Notes: a model not told the origin generated them from the letters alone. Positions 29,901 through 40,470 are shown, numbered from the stretch's first letter. The stretch is DNA of 64,000 bases from an uncultured virus (IMG/VR IMGVR_UViG_3300032291_003129) (IMGVR_UViG_3300032291_003129), one strand, 5' to 3'. Numbers and translations: made by a program.

Positions 29901-31900
29901 CAACAGTTGTTACTGGAAATGTTGTAACAAAAACAGAAGTTGTACCTGTAATTGAAGAAAAATATGTAAATAAAGATGACATAACTAAAAAAATAGTTAG
30001 AGCCCTTATTTCAGAATGTGACTACTTTGAAACTATTAAGGAAGAAACTCCTATGGTTTATGATAACTTGAAAGAAAAATTAAAGTTTTTCCAACCAGCG
30101 TTCCACTCAACAACTCCTGAAGGTTTAAATAGTAGATTAACGTTCTTACAACAATGTATGAGACCTGGTGATACAATACCTACAATTAAAACTGTAGGTG
30201 GAAAACCAACCCCTGACTATAATGATGCGACTAACACCGCATTTGGTGCACCGCCAGTGTTGATACTTAGAGTTGGAGATTTTTATAACACAAAAATTAT
30301 TCCAACAAGTTTAGGAATCACATATGAAAACTTAGATTTGAATCCTGAAGGTATTGGTGTTCAACCAATGATTGCAAATATTACTATGGCATTCCATTTT
30401 GTTGGAGGAAGTGGTTTAAAAGAATCTGTTGATAAGTTACAAAATGCATTAACATTTAATTACTATGGTAATACAGAAATGTGGGATGAAAGAGCAGATG
30501 CAACTGACCAAAGTTATAAAATAATTGATAAAGACTTTTTGGCATCTATCGGTAATCCATTACCTCCAACCATTAATCAGGCGGATATTAATAATAGTTT
30601 ATCTAATAATAATACTATTGGAAGTATTACAGGTGACAGAATAACAACCGCAGGTGAAACAGGTACTATTTCTTACACTTCATTCATGGATAAGTTTTTA
30701 TCAGAAACTCAAAATTATTTTACAAATATAGTCAATAAAAATAGAGAAGTGACAAGACAGTATAATAATGGAGTTCGCCAATTATGGACAGTTCAAAGAA
30801 ATTACCAAAAAGGAAAATTTGTTTCAAACGGTGTTGAAACTATATTGTTTGGAAAACCAATTAACATTGAACAAAATTTGAATATTGTTTTTGGTGATTT
30901 TGCGGATAACATTACCGCAACAAATTCAAACCAAGATAAATTTATGAGCTATATTTTTGACCCAACTTTAAATTTATCAACAAACACAAAAAGAACTATA
31001 AAAGAAAATTATTTAAATTTTGTAAAAAATAAAAGAGGTACGTTTCCAAATGCAATTACACAAGTAATTCAAAGTACTGTTAACGCTGAACAAAATTATT
31101 TACAATATATAAGTAGAGCTAATACAATATCTTATGATGCAGTTGCAAATTTAGGTACTGATGGTTTACAAGTTCCAAATGCAAATACAATTGTATATGA
31201 TATTACTGGTACTAACGAAGTATTTGATGAAACTTACTTAAATACTTTTAATGAAATGGGCGCAGATATTGATAAAATTCAACAAGGATTGACCGCTTTT
31301 GATGACATGTGTTCCATTGGAAATACATTTACATATAATGGTGCCTCTTATAAAGGATATTTTTTCTATGGTGATGCGGGTGAAAAAACAGATTATAGTA
31401 CTTTAATGAGCCAAGTATTTCAACCATTTAGTCTTGATAGTAATTTTAATAATCTTTCATTTAGAAGAGAATATATGATATTATCCGATGATGTTGTAGA
31501 TATTAAAAAATATGAAACATTTAAAAATGCGATAATAGGTAATATCATAAGTGATAGAAACAATATTGATAACAGTAGTGTTGGTGTAGGTATCTCAACT
31601 TTATTTGATAATTATTGGGTAAAAATTGCAAGACCATTATTTATAAGTGAGAATAATATCACTATTGCATATATAGATAGTATGGAAAGAAATAATTTAA
31701 AAAACTTTATCAAATTTACACCTTTCCCTTCTAAACCAAGAGTTTTATCCTATACTATAGGACAAAGTGCAAATAAAAATTACCAAGCACAATTGATACA
31801 GTCATTAGGTGCAACAACAAATATTAACTCATCCACAAGTACATGGAACGATTTGTTGGGTGGAAGTACCGCTTATATAAGTAAAGTTAAATTAAACTAA
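26933..31900 (+). CDS. Large baseplate/tube-initiator-like protein with an internal OmpA-like domain
   Basis: WFPPYDLKFSE...FIGRPEPIYTY and APPVLILRVGD segments. Also GTAS...YNDKLSARRIESAISYF...CRRAYI. Confidence 0.6.
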   Translation: MGSPLDLINTEGFRKKLITRNLTPYVKSPNRATLPINTEYIQSDTSVQDSPDQLIDQPTFANQLYPLNQYGNEGGYEQVPDPGALLNTKSNEGEYGFQDAHIIDQAGPESKNWKKINPYSNGSNGVLDGAEFVQSLNQPRSGIGLYNNQPYPNYNPSSYSPISILLSRDPQGSDGLLSSDSYIARLGAQTLRKEFEERIGRQIIQDTVGRANIFNVRSGTDILGLATGRVPLIQPNFKITLLANPVTAAADFGLRLAGSTIPLSLIPGSYFDTSINSKQPTTIQQLNNAFKRTATGKFFTRLLGADKTGSQIMYNNMGGGQKSALFNNIDYNRYKPSFDRTLFDRLAGAVVGSTTNNSDFYVGSTTSDPSRVFSPGGDLPVNSYGQEQQSPVYGPSELAQLYEGPSQEVRLGANGPTYSNGGGIEGGFTWVSPKYKDNAGKKVGIGGLITNQDQDFKPSSYDSTESTNREYRDGSILDDTQRIIDSQPQGGRRLQHVGNAIDQVSKVFNDGYKEITKGSKVLSYVGAIGQEVGTEYCRVFAKDVPYLQYNDLQKVDGTVTENRRFSYSVLDKTYNLNIYPNKQEGGQDSSNLIGTVNNAYAKKYMFSIENLAWATSNTPGLAVSDLAVCERGPNGGRVMWFPPYDLKFSETVSANWKPNDFIGRPEPIYTYASTNRGGSLSWKIIVDHPSVLNVITNKVLSKETNKVRIDSIIESFFAGCRKYDLYELAKKYYTINPNDLFQIQQAITSKELTKEQLEYAVSTVATIPQVSQATGGNTGNAELQKFLNYGFYFDNDVPSPTTVTYQTTYTNYIAQKDKYKKLTQLPSTAEQTTSFFDNVITPNKTKIDELITLIEKQLSNSTEGTISMVINGTASALASFSYNDKLSARRIESAISYFKSSPKLQKWLGTRLLVTAGKALGERAEVLVYDAKSKIFVPNTPVSCTDGDQDNQAQKPAIYTTKAMACRRAYISSIKSTIQEPIPQPQPQKTTVVTGNVVTKTEVVPVIEEKYVNKDDITKKIVRALISECDYFETIKEETPMVYDNLKEKLKFFQPAFHSTTPEGLNSRLTFLQQCMRPGDTIPTIKTVGGKPTPDYNDATNTAFGAPPVLILRVGDFYNTKIIPTSLGITYENLDLNPEGIGVQPMIANITMAFHFVGGSGLKESVDKLQNALTFNYYGNTEMWDERADATDQSYKIIDKDFLASIGNPLPPTINQADINNSLSNNNTIGSITGDRITTAGETGTISYTSFMDKFLSETQNYFTNIVNKNREVTRQYNNGVRQLWTVQRNYQKGKFVSNGVETILFGKPINIEQNLNIVFGDFADNITATNSNQDKFMSYIFDPTLNLSTNTKRTIKENYLNFVKNKRGTFPNAITQVIQSTVNAEQNYLQYISRANTISYDAVANLGTDGLQVPNANTIVYDITGTNEVFDETYLNTFNEMGADIDKIQQGLTAFDDMCSIGNTFTYNGASYKGYFFYGDAGEKTDYSTLMSQVFQPFSLDSNFNNLSFRREYMILSDDVVDIKKYETFKNAIIGNIISDRNNIDNSSVGVGISTLFDNYWVKIARPLFISENNITIAYIDSMERNNLKNFIKFTPFPSKPRVLSYTIGQSANKNYQAQLIQSLGATTNINSSTSTWNDLLGGSTAYISKVKLN

Positions 31901-32223
31901 TGGCATACCAATATTATAACCGATATAGTGATTTTTTAATTAATGGTGAACAAACCGTTGTGCCATTTGTACAGTTGCCTCAAAAAACAACTGACAAATC
32001 TTACATTTATAAAGTTGCAAGAAGTAGACTAGATGTGGTTTCTCAAGAGTATTATAGTTCACCATACTTCGGATGGTTAATTTTGCAAGCAAATCCTCAA
32101 TTTGGAGGATTAGAAAATAATATATATGATGGTGCGGTATTGATTATTCCATATCCATTACTACCATCATTACAGGATTATAAAGCGGCTTTAGCAAATT
32201 ATTTTTATTATTATGGCAGGTAG
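31900..32223 (+). CDS. LysM-like baseplate protein (T4 gp53/P2 gpX-like)
   Basis: RLDVVSQEYY...WLILQANP...GAVLIIP. Confidence 0.75.
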   Translation: MAYQYYNRYSDFLINGEQTVVPFVQLPQKTTDKSYIYKVARSRLDVVSQEYYSSPYFGWLILQANPQFGGLENNIYDGAVLIIPYPLLPSLQDYKAALANYFYYYGR

Positions 32224-35200
32224 TGTTGTACAGGGTGACAAGAGTGGAAATATCTTAGTAGAGTTTGATTACAATAATATTATTGTGGTTGACCCTAATA
32301 AGACTATTGACGCCTTCGGTAATATCAGAGAAAGATTGGTTGACCACGAAAGTTTAGTAATGTATGCTAATCTTGAAGCACAACTTCTCCCAAGAACTAA
32401 ATTGGCAGTTGGTAACACACCATCTAATGATAACGCAACAACAGTATCAGTTGCCAGTATGAATTTTTTAAGGCCTACCGAAGGTACTGCATTAACTACA
32501 GGGTATTATGATGAATTAACAGGTAAAGGTGCAAAAGAAGGGTTGGGGGATAACCAATTAAGAAATGACGACGTGATTGATAAAAAAGGTGAGAAACCAC
32601 CCTATAAAAAAGTAACTCTTGCATCACCAGATGGAAAAGCTACAGACAATGGTTTATTAGGGATTACATCAATTCAAGTTAGAACAAATACTTCATTTAC
32701 ACCAAGTGTTAGTATGGTGTTAGAAGATATTCAAGGAAGAGCTTTATTTCAGTTAGGTGATAATTCACCATATGCCGCGTTCTTCAACTTACCATATCCA
32801 CCGTTTTATTTAACTTTAAAAGGATATTATGGACAAGCGATTAGATATCAATTAAATCTTAAGACTTTTAGTGCTAGTTTTAACTCATATAGTGGAAACT
32901 ATACTGTTAAGTTAGAATTTGTTGGATTTAAGTTTAATATTTTAAATGAGATATCTGTTGGTAGTTTATTGGCAGCACCTCACATGTATTCTAATATTTT
33001 TAATATTAGTAAATCAGGTACGTCTCCTGAACCCGCAGATAAAAACACAAGAGCATCTGCATCACAAACAGGTACAATTTCAAGAGAATCAACTATAAGT
33101 CCTGATAATGTTGTAACTCAAATGGTTACAGAAAAGGGATATCAAAAAATAGTTGAAGTTTATAGTGAGTATAAAGCCAAAGGGTTATTGCCTACAAATT
33201 TCCCTGAAATAACACTTGCACAATTAATTAACAAATTGGAGATGTTTGAACAAAACATCTTAGCTTCATATAATAAAGTTAATGTTGAATCGTTAACTAA
33301 TATAAGAACATATAAAGAAGTCCTTACGGCTTATTTTGAAAAAGTAAGAGGTGCTGAAGGTTCATGGTTCAATCAATACTTAAATCCTAAACCATTAATA
33401 ACAATTAAGGGGGAGAATGCCTATACTTTCAAAGAAAGTTTTAACAATCCAACGGCACAATCTGCAGCGATTGAACAATTAAAAAAATATATAATAGAGT
33501 TTAATAATTTATTGGCACAAAATAAAACGTTAGGTGTTAAAGGAAACTTACCAATTAAGAATCCAATAACTTATAAAATGTTAGAAGTACCATTTGTTAT
33601 AAGTAATATTAATTGGGCGAAAACTACAATAGAACGAACTGGAGTAAAAACTCCTACAGACAATGAAATTTTTACCTTGATAGCTAGTGTACAAAATTCG
33701 TTAAAGCCTTATTTCGTACCAGTTCCTGGAGCTAACAATCAAAGCTCAACTATTGATGTTGCTTTACCTCCGTTGTTTATTTTTGAAGGTGCTAATAGAT
33801 TTATTGACACTATTAATCAGATGAATACTGAAGCTAACCAAAAACTTTCAGCTCAAGAAACAAAATTATCTGCGGAATTGGCGGCAAAAATTGAAAGTCA
33901 GGCAACAGGTATTGGATTCAAACCTTCGGTAAGAAATATGTGTGCTGTTATTATGGCAAACGCTGAAGGATTTATTAGATTGTTAGATGATGTTCATACA
34001 AATGCATGGAATGTAAAATATGACCCTGTTAGAAAAGTTGCGATTCTTAATGATTTGTCTTCAGCACCAGGAACTGATTCACAAAACAAAGTTAATATTT
34101 CAACATCTGCCTCTAATGAAAATCAAGGGTTATCAACATCTCAAATACCTGTTTACCCTTGGCCACAATTTTTTGTTGAATCACCTGATGATAAAAAAGG
34201 AAGATTCCAATTAAAATATCTTGCCGACCCTTCAGTTGTAAATTTAACTAAAGGATATCTTTATGACAAATGGCCTGAGGTAGAATTTGTTGAAGAATAT
34301 ATGAGAGGATTAACACAAAAATTCAATCCTCCAATAGTACAACCTCCAACAGATACAGAATCAACGACGAAAATTATTAATATTAACGCGATTGAATATC
34401 CGTCATCAAGTCTTGCCTATTTGAACAAAGAAGAAATTAAGTTCTTTTATGAAATATGGGAAAGACAATTTTTAACAACTCACTATTCAGGATTTTTGAG
34501 AGCTAACCAAAATCAAATTGGTGAGTTAACAAAATTAAATAATGAAGTTGAAACTAATAACATAGTTAATGGGATTGGAATTAGTTCTCCATATATTAGT
34601 TTGAAACTTAAGAATTACAATTTAACTTCATCAAACTACCAAACTTTTTTAGAGAACATCTCAAATCAAGGTACAGGAAAATCTTATCAAGAATACATTA
34701 GAGATTTCTTTGTAACACCATATATTAAGACTCTTACTGAGAGTTCGTTTAATATTCTAAGTTTATTTGATTTAGGGAAAAATCCTGAAACGTCACCTGT
34801 TTCGCCAGGGTTGACGCAATTGGTTGCGAATGCGTCAAATACACCGTTAATAATTGATACTTATCCATTTACGAATCCTGAGTGGGTTAAAAACAACATG
34901 AGTTCTGCAAATAAAAGCGCGGGAGATTCGGTATATAACACTACAAATGTATTAAAAATATTTGAGCCAAGAAACGTAATTTCAAATTTTACAAGTATTA
35001 ATGATACAACAACAAATAGACCTGTAACAAACTTTTCTTACTTGATAGATGTAGTACCATTTACTACTGCTAAGAATAATGGGCTAAACAGTTTTTACAT
35101 CAACAGAAAAATAGACGATACAAATTCTGATTCATTATTAGTACCGACAGAAGGATATGTAAATTACATTTCTCCTAATAAGAGTTTACCAACACAAACA

Positions 35201-38200
35201 ACAACAACAATTTTAAATACACCATATTTTATTAACGCTATTCAAAATGGTGTTAATAATTGGAGAAGACAAGATAAGTATCCTTACATTCAGGCGGCAT
35301 ACTTGTTTATTAATTCTTTACCTTTAGCCAATCTTAGAGAAAGATATAAGACTAAAGGAGCAACAACTGAGTTAGATTATATTGCGTCCTGTTTCAAAAA
35401 ATTTGGTGCAATACATAAAATGCCTTATGCTTGGGTATTAAAGTTAGGGTCTGTTTGGTATAGATATAAAACTTACAAACAAAGTAATGTTGACATATTA
35501 GATACAGCTTGGACTGATTACGATTATAGAGAAAACTTTGACCCTATATTAAGTGCTGTAACCAAAACCTATAACTTTGAATTTGAAGGAGAAAAACAAT
35601 CAATTACTTTACAAGACGATAGTAAAGGAGACATTACAATTCAAACAGGTTTTTATCCAAAAACTATAAATGACTTCAATGTTTTTTATACAGGATATGA
35701 TTTGTATCAAACGTATAGTGACGAAGAAATACAGAATAGTATAAACGGTGGGATGAAAATATTTAATTTCAAAGATTCAAATATTGCGACTACACAAAAT
35801 GGTAAAACACTTACACTTCAAACTTGGTCTGTAGTTTTACCTGACATTGTTATTGAAAATAACACGGTTAATTGTAACCCATCACAAAATACGACAAGTT
35901 ACGATTATTTTATTGTACCATCATTTGGAAATGAACTAAATCAAACTAAAGCGGTTTGTATTAGTAACGGAGAGACAGTCGTAAATTTAACTAATAACCA
36001 ATCAATGTATAGTGGTTCTGTTAGATTATTGTGGGATACTCCAAACTATGGTTATTTTGACAATACACAAATTGTAAAACCACAACCAAATTCTTACATG
36101 AACAAAATATTAACGGAAACAAATGAACAAGCTCCGTTTAGTTTATTAAGTGTAGATGAATATTCAAAGATAGATGAAATTTTTTCTGTTTTTGACAAGA
36201 GTATTTTGGACCAATTTGAACAAGAATTTTTAAATTTTTGTAAACCAGTTGCGGATATTGATTTAGGGCCTCAAGTGACAGTACCGTTAGATGTTTCACC
36301 TGTTGATACAAATGCAATTTTCAAAAACTTCCAATATTTGTTTAGACAGTTAATGACAGTTACAAGTGACCAAAGTACTCAAACAACTGCGAGTTATTTT
36401 ACAAGTGTTGGTGATACTCAACAATTATCGTTTCAATCCTACATCAGAGCATTTTTAGAATATGATGTGATATTGAAATATGGTAACCCTGCAAATTATA
36501 AGAGAAGAACTTTTGATTCTTTTATATCGTATAAGTCTACACCAATTGTAACTGACCCGATAAATTTTGACCCATATGTTATAAATTCTTTACCATCTAA
36601 TAAAGGTGGGATTACTTTAGAACAATCAAGGATTCAGTATCCATTGGAGTGGACAACCTTAGAAACAGAAGTTGGATTTTCAACAATAGAAAATTTAATC
36701 TATACTGATTTTGGTTCGTATATCACAGACTTTTTTATTGACAATGACATTAAATTTAGTGTTAATAACATCGTTATATGTGCACCATTAATTAAAATAT
36801 ATGCGACTCAAAAGTTAAATAATCCAACAATAACAACAAATACGTTCAAAACAAACATTCAGGATTATTTACAAACCGCAACTGAATTGCAGAATGTATT
36901 TTTAAATAACTTATTAAATTCTGTTAGAGTAGCATTACCAAATCAACAACAATTACCTGAAAAGACAATTCAAAGCGTAATTGATGGACAACAAAGTAAG
37001 GTTGAAAACTACGAAGTCTTCAAAGCATTGAATGACAAATGGATTGCGGGTTCTGACTTTAAAAACAAAACATTATTTGAAGATTTTTTATTTTTAGATA
37101 GAGCATCAAGAAATATTGGTGATACAATTATTCTTGATATATTTGACTTAAAGAGAATGTTAAGTACAAATGCTCTCAATATGGAGATGAGTGTATATAC
37201 CTTAATAAGTGGCATGTTAATTCAAAATAAGTTTAACGTTATGCCCTTACCTGCATACGTAAACTTTTATAACGTACAGGATGTGGATGGTACAACAATC
37301 TCTCAAAATACTGAAGGTTCATTACAATTTGCTGATAACATGTGGGGAACATTTTTAGAAGTTGATTATAGAAAATCTAGTCCAAAAATACTTTGTTTCT
37401 ACACGGGACTTCCATCTGCTTATTTAGACTTACCAAAAAATAATTCAAAATATAGAAGTGATGGATTTGAAATGAGAAGAGCTTCTGAAAATCCATTAAT
37501 CGAAAATCAACAGAATAAGAAAGATTGGGCGGTATCTAATAGATGTGTTGGATTTAATGTTGATATGGGTATTAGAAATCAAAATGTTTTCTATTCATTC
37601 AACGTGTCTATGGATAGTGGTAAAGCAACTTCTGAGTCAATTCAGGCTCAGTTAAATATGATTAACCAAGAATCAGGTAGAACAGTTGCGACTCAAAATA
37701 TTAGTTTATATAATTTATACAAACAAAGAAGTTATCAATGCCAAGTATCTTGTTTAGGTAATGCATTACTTCAACCAATGATGTATTTTAATCTAAGACA
37801 CGTACCTATGTTCAATGGTCCATATATGATTTTAGATGTTAGTCATACTATTAACGCTGGAAGTTTCCAAACAAGTTTTACAGGTATAAGACAAGGTATA
37901 TATGATTTACCTGCCATTGACAATTACTTACAAAGTATCAATCAAAATTTATTAACCAAGATTGAGGCTCTTCTTAAAATTAAGAAAGATGATGTTACTG
38001 CCAAAGCGATTACTGAAATTGGTAAAGCCGCCCAAATAACTCAATCAGGAGATAATACTAAGGCAGCACCTAATGCTTGTGTAAATAATTTAACAGTCCC
38101 GTATTTAACTTGGGCAAATGTGGAAACAACAACTTCAACACCATTAACATCAAAAGCATTTGCTGACGTGTTGAAGACTAAGTTACCTAATGAGCCAACA

Positions 38201-39481
38201 TTACAAATATTGATATTCATGATATCTTATGTTAGAACATTCCAAGGAGGGAAAGGAGGTAAATTTGAAGGATATAATTATAACTATGGAACAGTTGAAT
38301 TGACTACTGATTATGGGCCTTCATCAGGTAATTTTATAGCAGGAAAGTGTTCTTGTGCGAATATCCCTAATTCAACATTATCTACTAAAACGGCACAACC
38401 TATCGCTAATTTTGAGTCAGTTGATAAGTATGTTGATTTTATGGCAACAAGATTAAGAGAAAATGTTCCTCGTATTACTGATGGAGCTAATGGAATTGGT
38501 ATTACAAAATATTATGTTTGTTACTGGCCAAAGAAAAATGTAGAGGAATCTGATTATGATAGTCATTTATCTGAATATACATTATTAGATACAAGATTCA
38601 AAGAGGCATTTGAATTGGCGGGTGGAGATGCTGGTCTTAATGTTGAGTCAACTAATATAATTAAAAATGCTGATAAAAATGCAAAACAAAAAATTAAAGA
38701 TACGGACGCAGGAAAAGTTACACCCCAAAATAATTTAAACATAACAACAACAGTTGACCCAACTTGTCTTCCACCTGTTATTAAAACATTCACACCTAAT
38801 ACTGGTAGAGATAATACAATAGTAAGAATTAACGGAGCTTTCTTAGGAACGACTTATCAGGTGATTTTTGATACTGTTACAGTACCACCAAAAAATATCC
38901 AAATAATTGATGATTTAAATATCAATGTAATAGTCCCTAAGATTGATACATTAGTATCTAAAAACATTAAAATAAAAGTTTACACAAAGAATGGTGATGT
39001 AACAAGTGCGACTGAGTTTAATTATAACCCACAACAAACTTTACCTCAACTTTCAACAAGTATAAACACTAATCCATCACCTGTTACATTAACATCAACA
39101 ATAACAAATACAGGAGATTTAAAAGTAGTTGTTGCAAATAATGTTGGAAATTGGATTATTTATTCATATCCTGAATATAATTACAAAATAACTAAAAATT
39201 CTGTTGGGTCTAATAATACAGTTTCAACAATCACATTGAAAGAAAGTAATGCAATAACAAAAATTAATAGTGCTAGTTATGTTGCAAACAACCAATTTAA
39301 CATTAGTCAAAATGACTTCTTAATAAATGTGTTGGGATTACCAGTAGAAACTATTAATAGTGCTGAATACAAAAATGCTGACGTAATTGTTACTTTTTCA
39401 GTAAAGGCGGTGCCTGTTGATAGAAGTAAATATCCACAAGATGTGGTGTTACCATTTACAATGACATTCAGAATAGGATAA
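32213..39481 (+). CDS. Very large baseplate hub-like protein with a C-terminal IPT/TIG-like domain
   Basis: 2422 aa following the gp53-like gene. Hub-type motif LGNALLQPMMYF...GPYMILDVSHTI...FQTSFTG. IPT-like PVIKTFTPNTG...VRINGAFL. Confidence 0.6.
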   Translation: MAGSVVQGDKSGNILVEFDYNNIIVVDPNKTIDAFGNIRERLVDHESLVMYANLEAQLLPRTKLAVGNTPSNDNATTVSVASMNFLRPTEGTALTTGYYDELTGKGAKEGLGDNQLRNDDVIDKKGEKPPYKKVTLASPDGKATDNGLLGITSIQVRTNTSFTPSVSMVLEDIQGRALFQLGDNSPYAAFFNLPYPPFYLTLKGYYGQAIRYQLNLKTFSASFNSYSGNYTVKLEFVGFKFNILNEISVGSLLAAPHMYSNIFNISKSGTSPEPADKNTRASASQTGTISRESTISPDNVVTQMVTEKGYQKIVEVYSEYKAKGLLPTNFPEITLAQLINKLEMFEQNILASYNKVNVESLTNIRTYKEVLTAYFEKVRGAEGSWFNQYLNPKPLITIKGENAYTFKESFNNPTAQSAAIEQLKKYIIEFNNLLAQNKTLGVKGNLPIKNPITYKMLEVPFVISNINWAKTTIERTGVKTPTDNEIFTLIASVQNSLKPYFVPVPGANNQSSTIDVALPPLFIFEGANRFIDTINQMNTEANQKLSAQETKLSAELAAKIESQATGIGFKPSVRNMCAVIMANAEGFIRLLDDVHTNAWNVKYDPVRKVAILNDLSSAPGTDSQNKVNISTSASNENQGLSTSQIPVYPWPQFFVESPDDKKGRFQLKYLADPSVVNLTKGYLYDKWPEVEFVEEYMRGLTQKFNPPIVQPPTDTESTTKIININAIEYPSSSLAYLNKEEIKFFYEIWERQFLTTHYSGFLRANQNQIGELTKLNNEVETNNIVNGIGISSPYISLKLKNYNLTSSNYQTFLENISNQGTGKSYQEYIRDFFVTPYIKTLTESSFNILSLFDLGKNPETSPVSPGLTQLVANASNTPLIIDTYPFTNPEWVKNNMSSANKSAGDSVYNTTNVLKIFEPRNVISNFTSINDTTTNRPVTNFSYLIDVVPFTTAKNNGLNSFYINRKIDDTNSDSLLVPTEGYVNYISPNKSLPTQTTTTILNTPYFINAIQNGVNNWRRQDKYPYIQAAYLFINSLPLANLRERYKTKGATTELDYIASCFKKFGAIHKMPYAWVLKLGSVWYRYKTYKQSNVDILDTAWTDYDYRENFDPILSAVTKTYNFEFEGEKQSITLQDDSKGDITIQTGFYPKTINDFNVFYTGYDLYQTYSDEEIQNSINGGMKIFNFKDSNIATTQNGKTLTLQTWSVVLPDIVIENNTVNCNPSQNTTSYDYFIVPSFGNELNQTKAVCISNGETVVNLTNNQSMYSGSVRLLWDTPNYGYFDNTQIVKPQPNSYMNKILTETNEQAPFSLLSVDEYSKIDEIFSVFDKSILDQFEQEFLNFCKPVADIDLGPQVTVPLDVSPVDTNAIFKNFQYLFRQLMTVTSDQSTQTTASYFTSVGDTQQLSFQSYIRAFLEYDVILKYGNPANYKRRTFDSFISYKSTPIVTDPINFDPYVINSLPSNKGGITLEQSRIQYPLEWTTLETEVGFSTIENLIYTDFGSYITDFFIDNDIKFSVNNIVICAPLIKIYATQKLNNPTITTNTFKTNIQDYLQTATELQNVFLNNLLNSVRVALPNQQQLPEKTIQSVIDGQQSKVENYEVFKALNDKWIAGSDFKNKTLFEDFLFLDRASRNIGDTIILDIFDLKRMLSTNALNMEMSVYTLISGMLIQNKFNVMPLPAYVNFYNVQDVDGTTISQNTEGSLQFADNMWGTFLEVDYRKSSPKILCFYTGLPSAYLDLPKNNSKYRSDGFEMRRASENPLIENQQNKKDWAVSNRCVGFNVDMGIRNQNVFYSFNVSMDSGKATSESIQAQLNMINQESGRTVATQNISLYNLYKQRSYQCQVSCLGNALLQPMMYFNLRHVPMFNGPYMILDVSHTINAGSFQTSFTGIRQGIYDLPAIDNYLQSINQNLLTKIEALLKIKKDDVTAKAITEIGKAAQITQSGDNTKAAPNACVNNLTVPYLTWANVETTTSTPLTSKAFADVLKTKLPNEPTLQILIFMISYVRTFQGGKGGKFEGYNYNYGTVELTTDYGPSSGNFIAGKCSCANIPNSTLSTKTAQPIANFESVDKYVDFMATRLRENVPRITDGANGIGITKYYVCYWPKKNVEESDYDSHLSEYTLLDTRFKEAFELAGGDAGLNVESTNIIKNADKNAKQKIKDTDAGKVTPQNNLNITTTVDPTCLPPVIKTFTPNTGRDNTIVRINGAFLGTTYQVIFDTVTVPPKNIQIIDDLNINVIVPKIDTLVSKNIKIKVYTKNGDVTSATEFNYNPQQTLPQLSTSINTNPSPVTLTSTITNTGDLKVVVANNVGNWIIYSYPEYNYKITKNSVGSNNTVSTITLKESNAITKINSASYVANNQFNISQNDFLINVLGLPVETINSAEYKNADVIVTFSVKAVPVDRSKYPQDVVLPFTMTFRIG

Positions 39482-39520
39482 TTTAATACAATAACCATAT
39501 ATTTATATAAAAAGAATTTT

Positions 39521-39745
39521 ATGAACTTAAAATCAGCATTAGACAATTATCTTGGAAAATCAGTAAGATATTCTCAAGAAGACAATGGAGACGGAACTAA
39601 ACAAGTTTGCGATTTAGACACAGGTGATTGCTACACTATTAGAGAAAGAGATGGCTTAATTGAAAGAGCTGGTCATCAAACTACCGCTAATAGAAAAGTA
39701 AGAGTTGAGACATCTAGAGGTGTAAAACAATTATTAAACGGATAA
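39521..39745 (+). CDS. Hypothetical protein
   Basis: 74-aa ORF with upstream TATTTATA and a CDLDTGDC motif. Confidence 0.7.
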   Translation: MNLKSALDNYLGKSVRYSQEDNGDGTKQVCDLDTGDCYTIRERDGLIERAGHQTTANRKVRVETSRGVKQLLNG

Positions 39746-39749
39746 TAAA

Positions 39750-40418
39750 ATGAAGGTAGACAGAAAAAAAATATTAAGTGAAATTGAAAGATACAAAAGT
39801 ATCAATCAATATATTATGGAACAAGATGCGGCTACGGCTGAGCCAGATTTAGGTGCGTTGGCGCCAGAACCTGGAGCAGAAGCTTTAATTCCTGCAGCAC
39901 CTGCAGAACCTGCGGCTCCTGAGGCACCTGCACCACCCGCAGAACCTATTGATGTGGAGAATGACCCCGACGTTGAAAAAATTGATGATGAGGGTAACTC
40001 TGAAGAAAAAGGAGTAGATGAATCAGGTAGTGAAGAACTTGATATTACTGAATTAGTTGATTCTCAAAAAAATATCGAAAAGAAACAAGATGATTATTTT
40101 GAAAATCTATTTGGTCAAATAAGTAATTTGGAATCTAAGTTATCTGAGATGGATAGTATTATGAACAAACTAAACTCTTTGGAAAGTAAGATTGAGAAAT
40201 ATAGAGAAAAAACTCCTGAAGAAAAATTAGAACTAAGAACATACGACTCATACCCATTCAATCAAAAGTTATCACAATTTTTTGATGACAAGAAAGATGA
40301 GATGGAAAAGACTGGAAAAAATGATTATGTTTTAACTGCAGACGAAGTAACTGACCTTAATGTGAATGACATCAAAACATCATTCCAAAATCCTGGATTT
40401 GAAAAAGAAGGATATTAA
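39750..40418 (+). CDS. Acidic coiled-coil hypothetical protein
   Basis: 222 aa with an Ala/Pro/Glu linker and a coiled-coil-like segment. Confidence 0.7.
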   Translation: MKVDRKKILSEIERYKSINQYIMEQDAATAEPDLGALAPEPGAEALIPAAPAEPAAPEAPAPPAEPIDVENDPDVEKIDDEGNSEEKGVDESGSEELDITELVDSQKNIEKKQDDYFENLFGQISNLESKLSEMDSIMNKLNSLESKIEKYREKTPEEKLELRTYDSYPFNQKLSQFFDDKKDEMEKTGKNDYVLTADEVTDLNVNDIKTSFQNPGFEKEGY

Positions 40419-40439
40419 TATTCAAAAATATTAATAATT

Positions 40440-40470
40440 AAGACCACCCACTCGGTGGTCTTTTTTATTT
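40440..40470 (+). terminator. Intrinsic terminator ending the structural operon
   Basis: AAGACCACC-CACTC-GGTGGTCTT plus a T tract. Confidence 0.8.
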
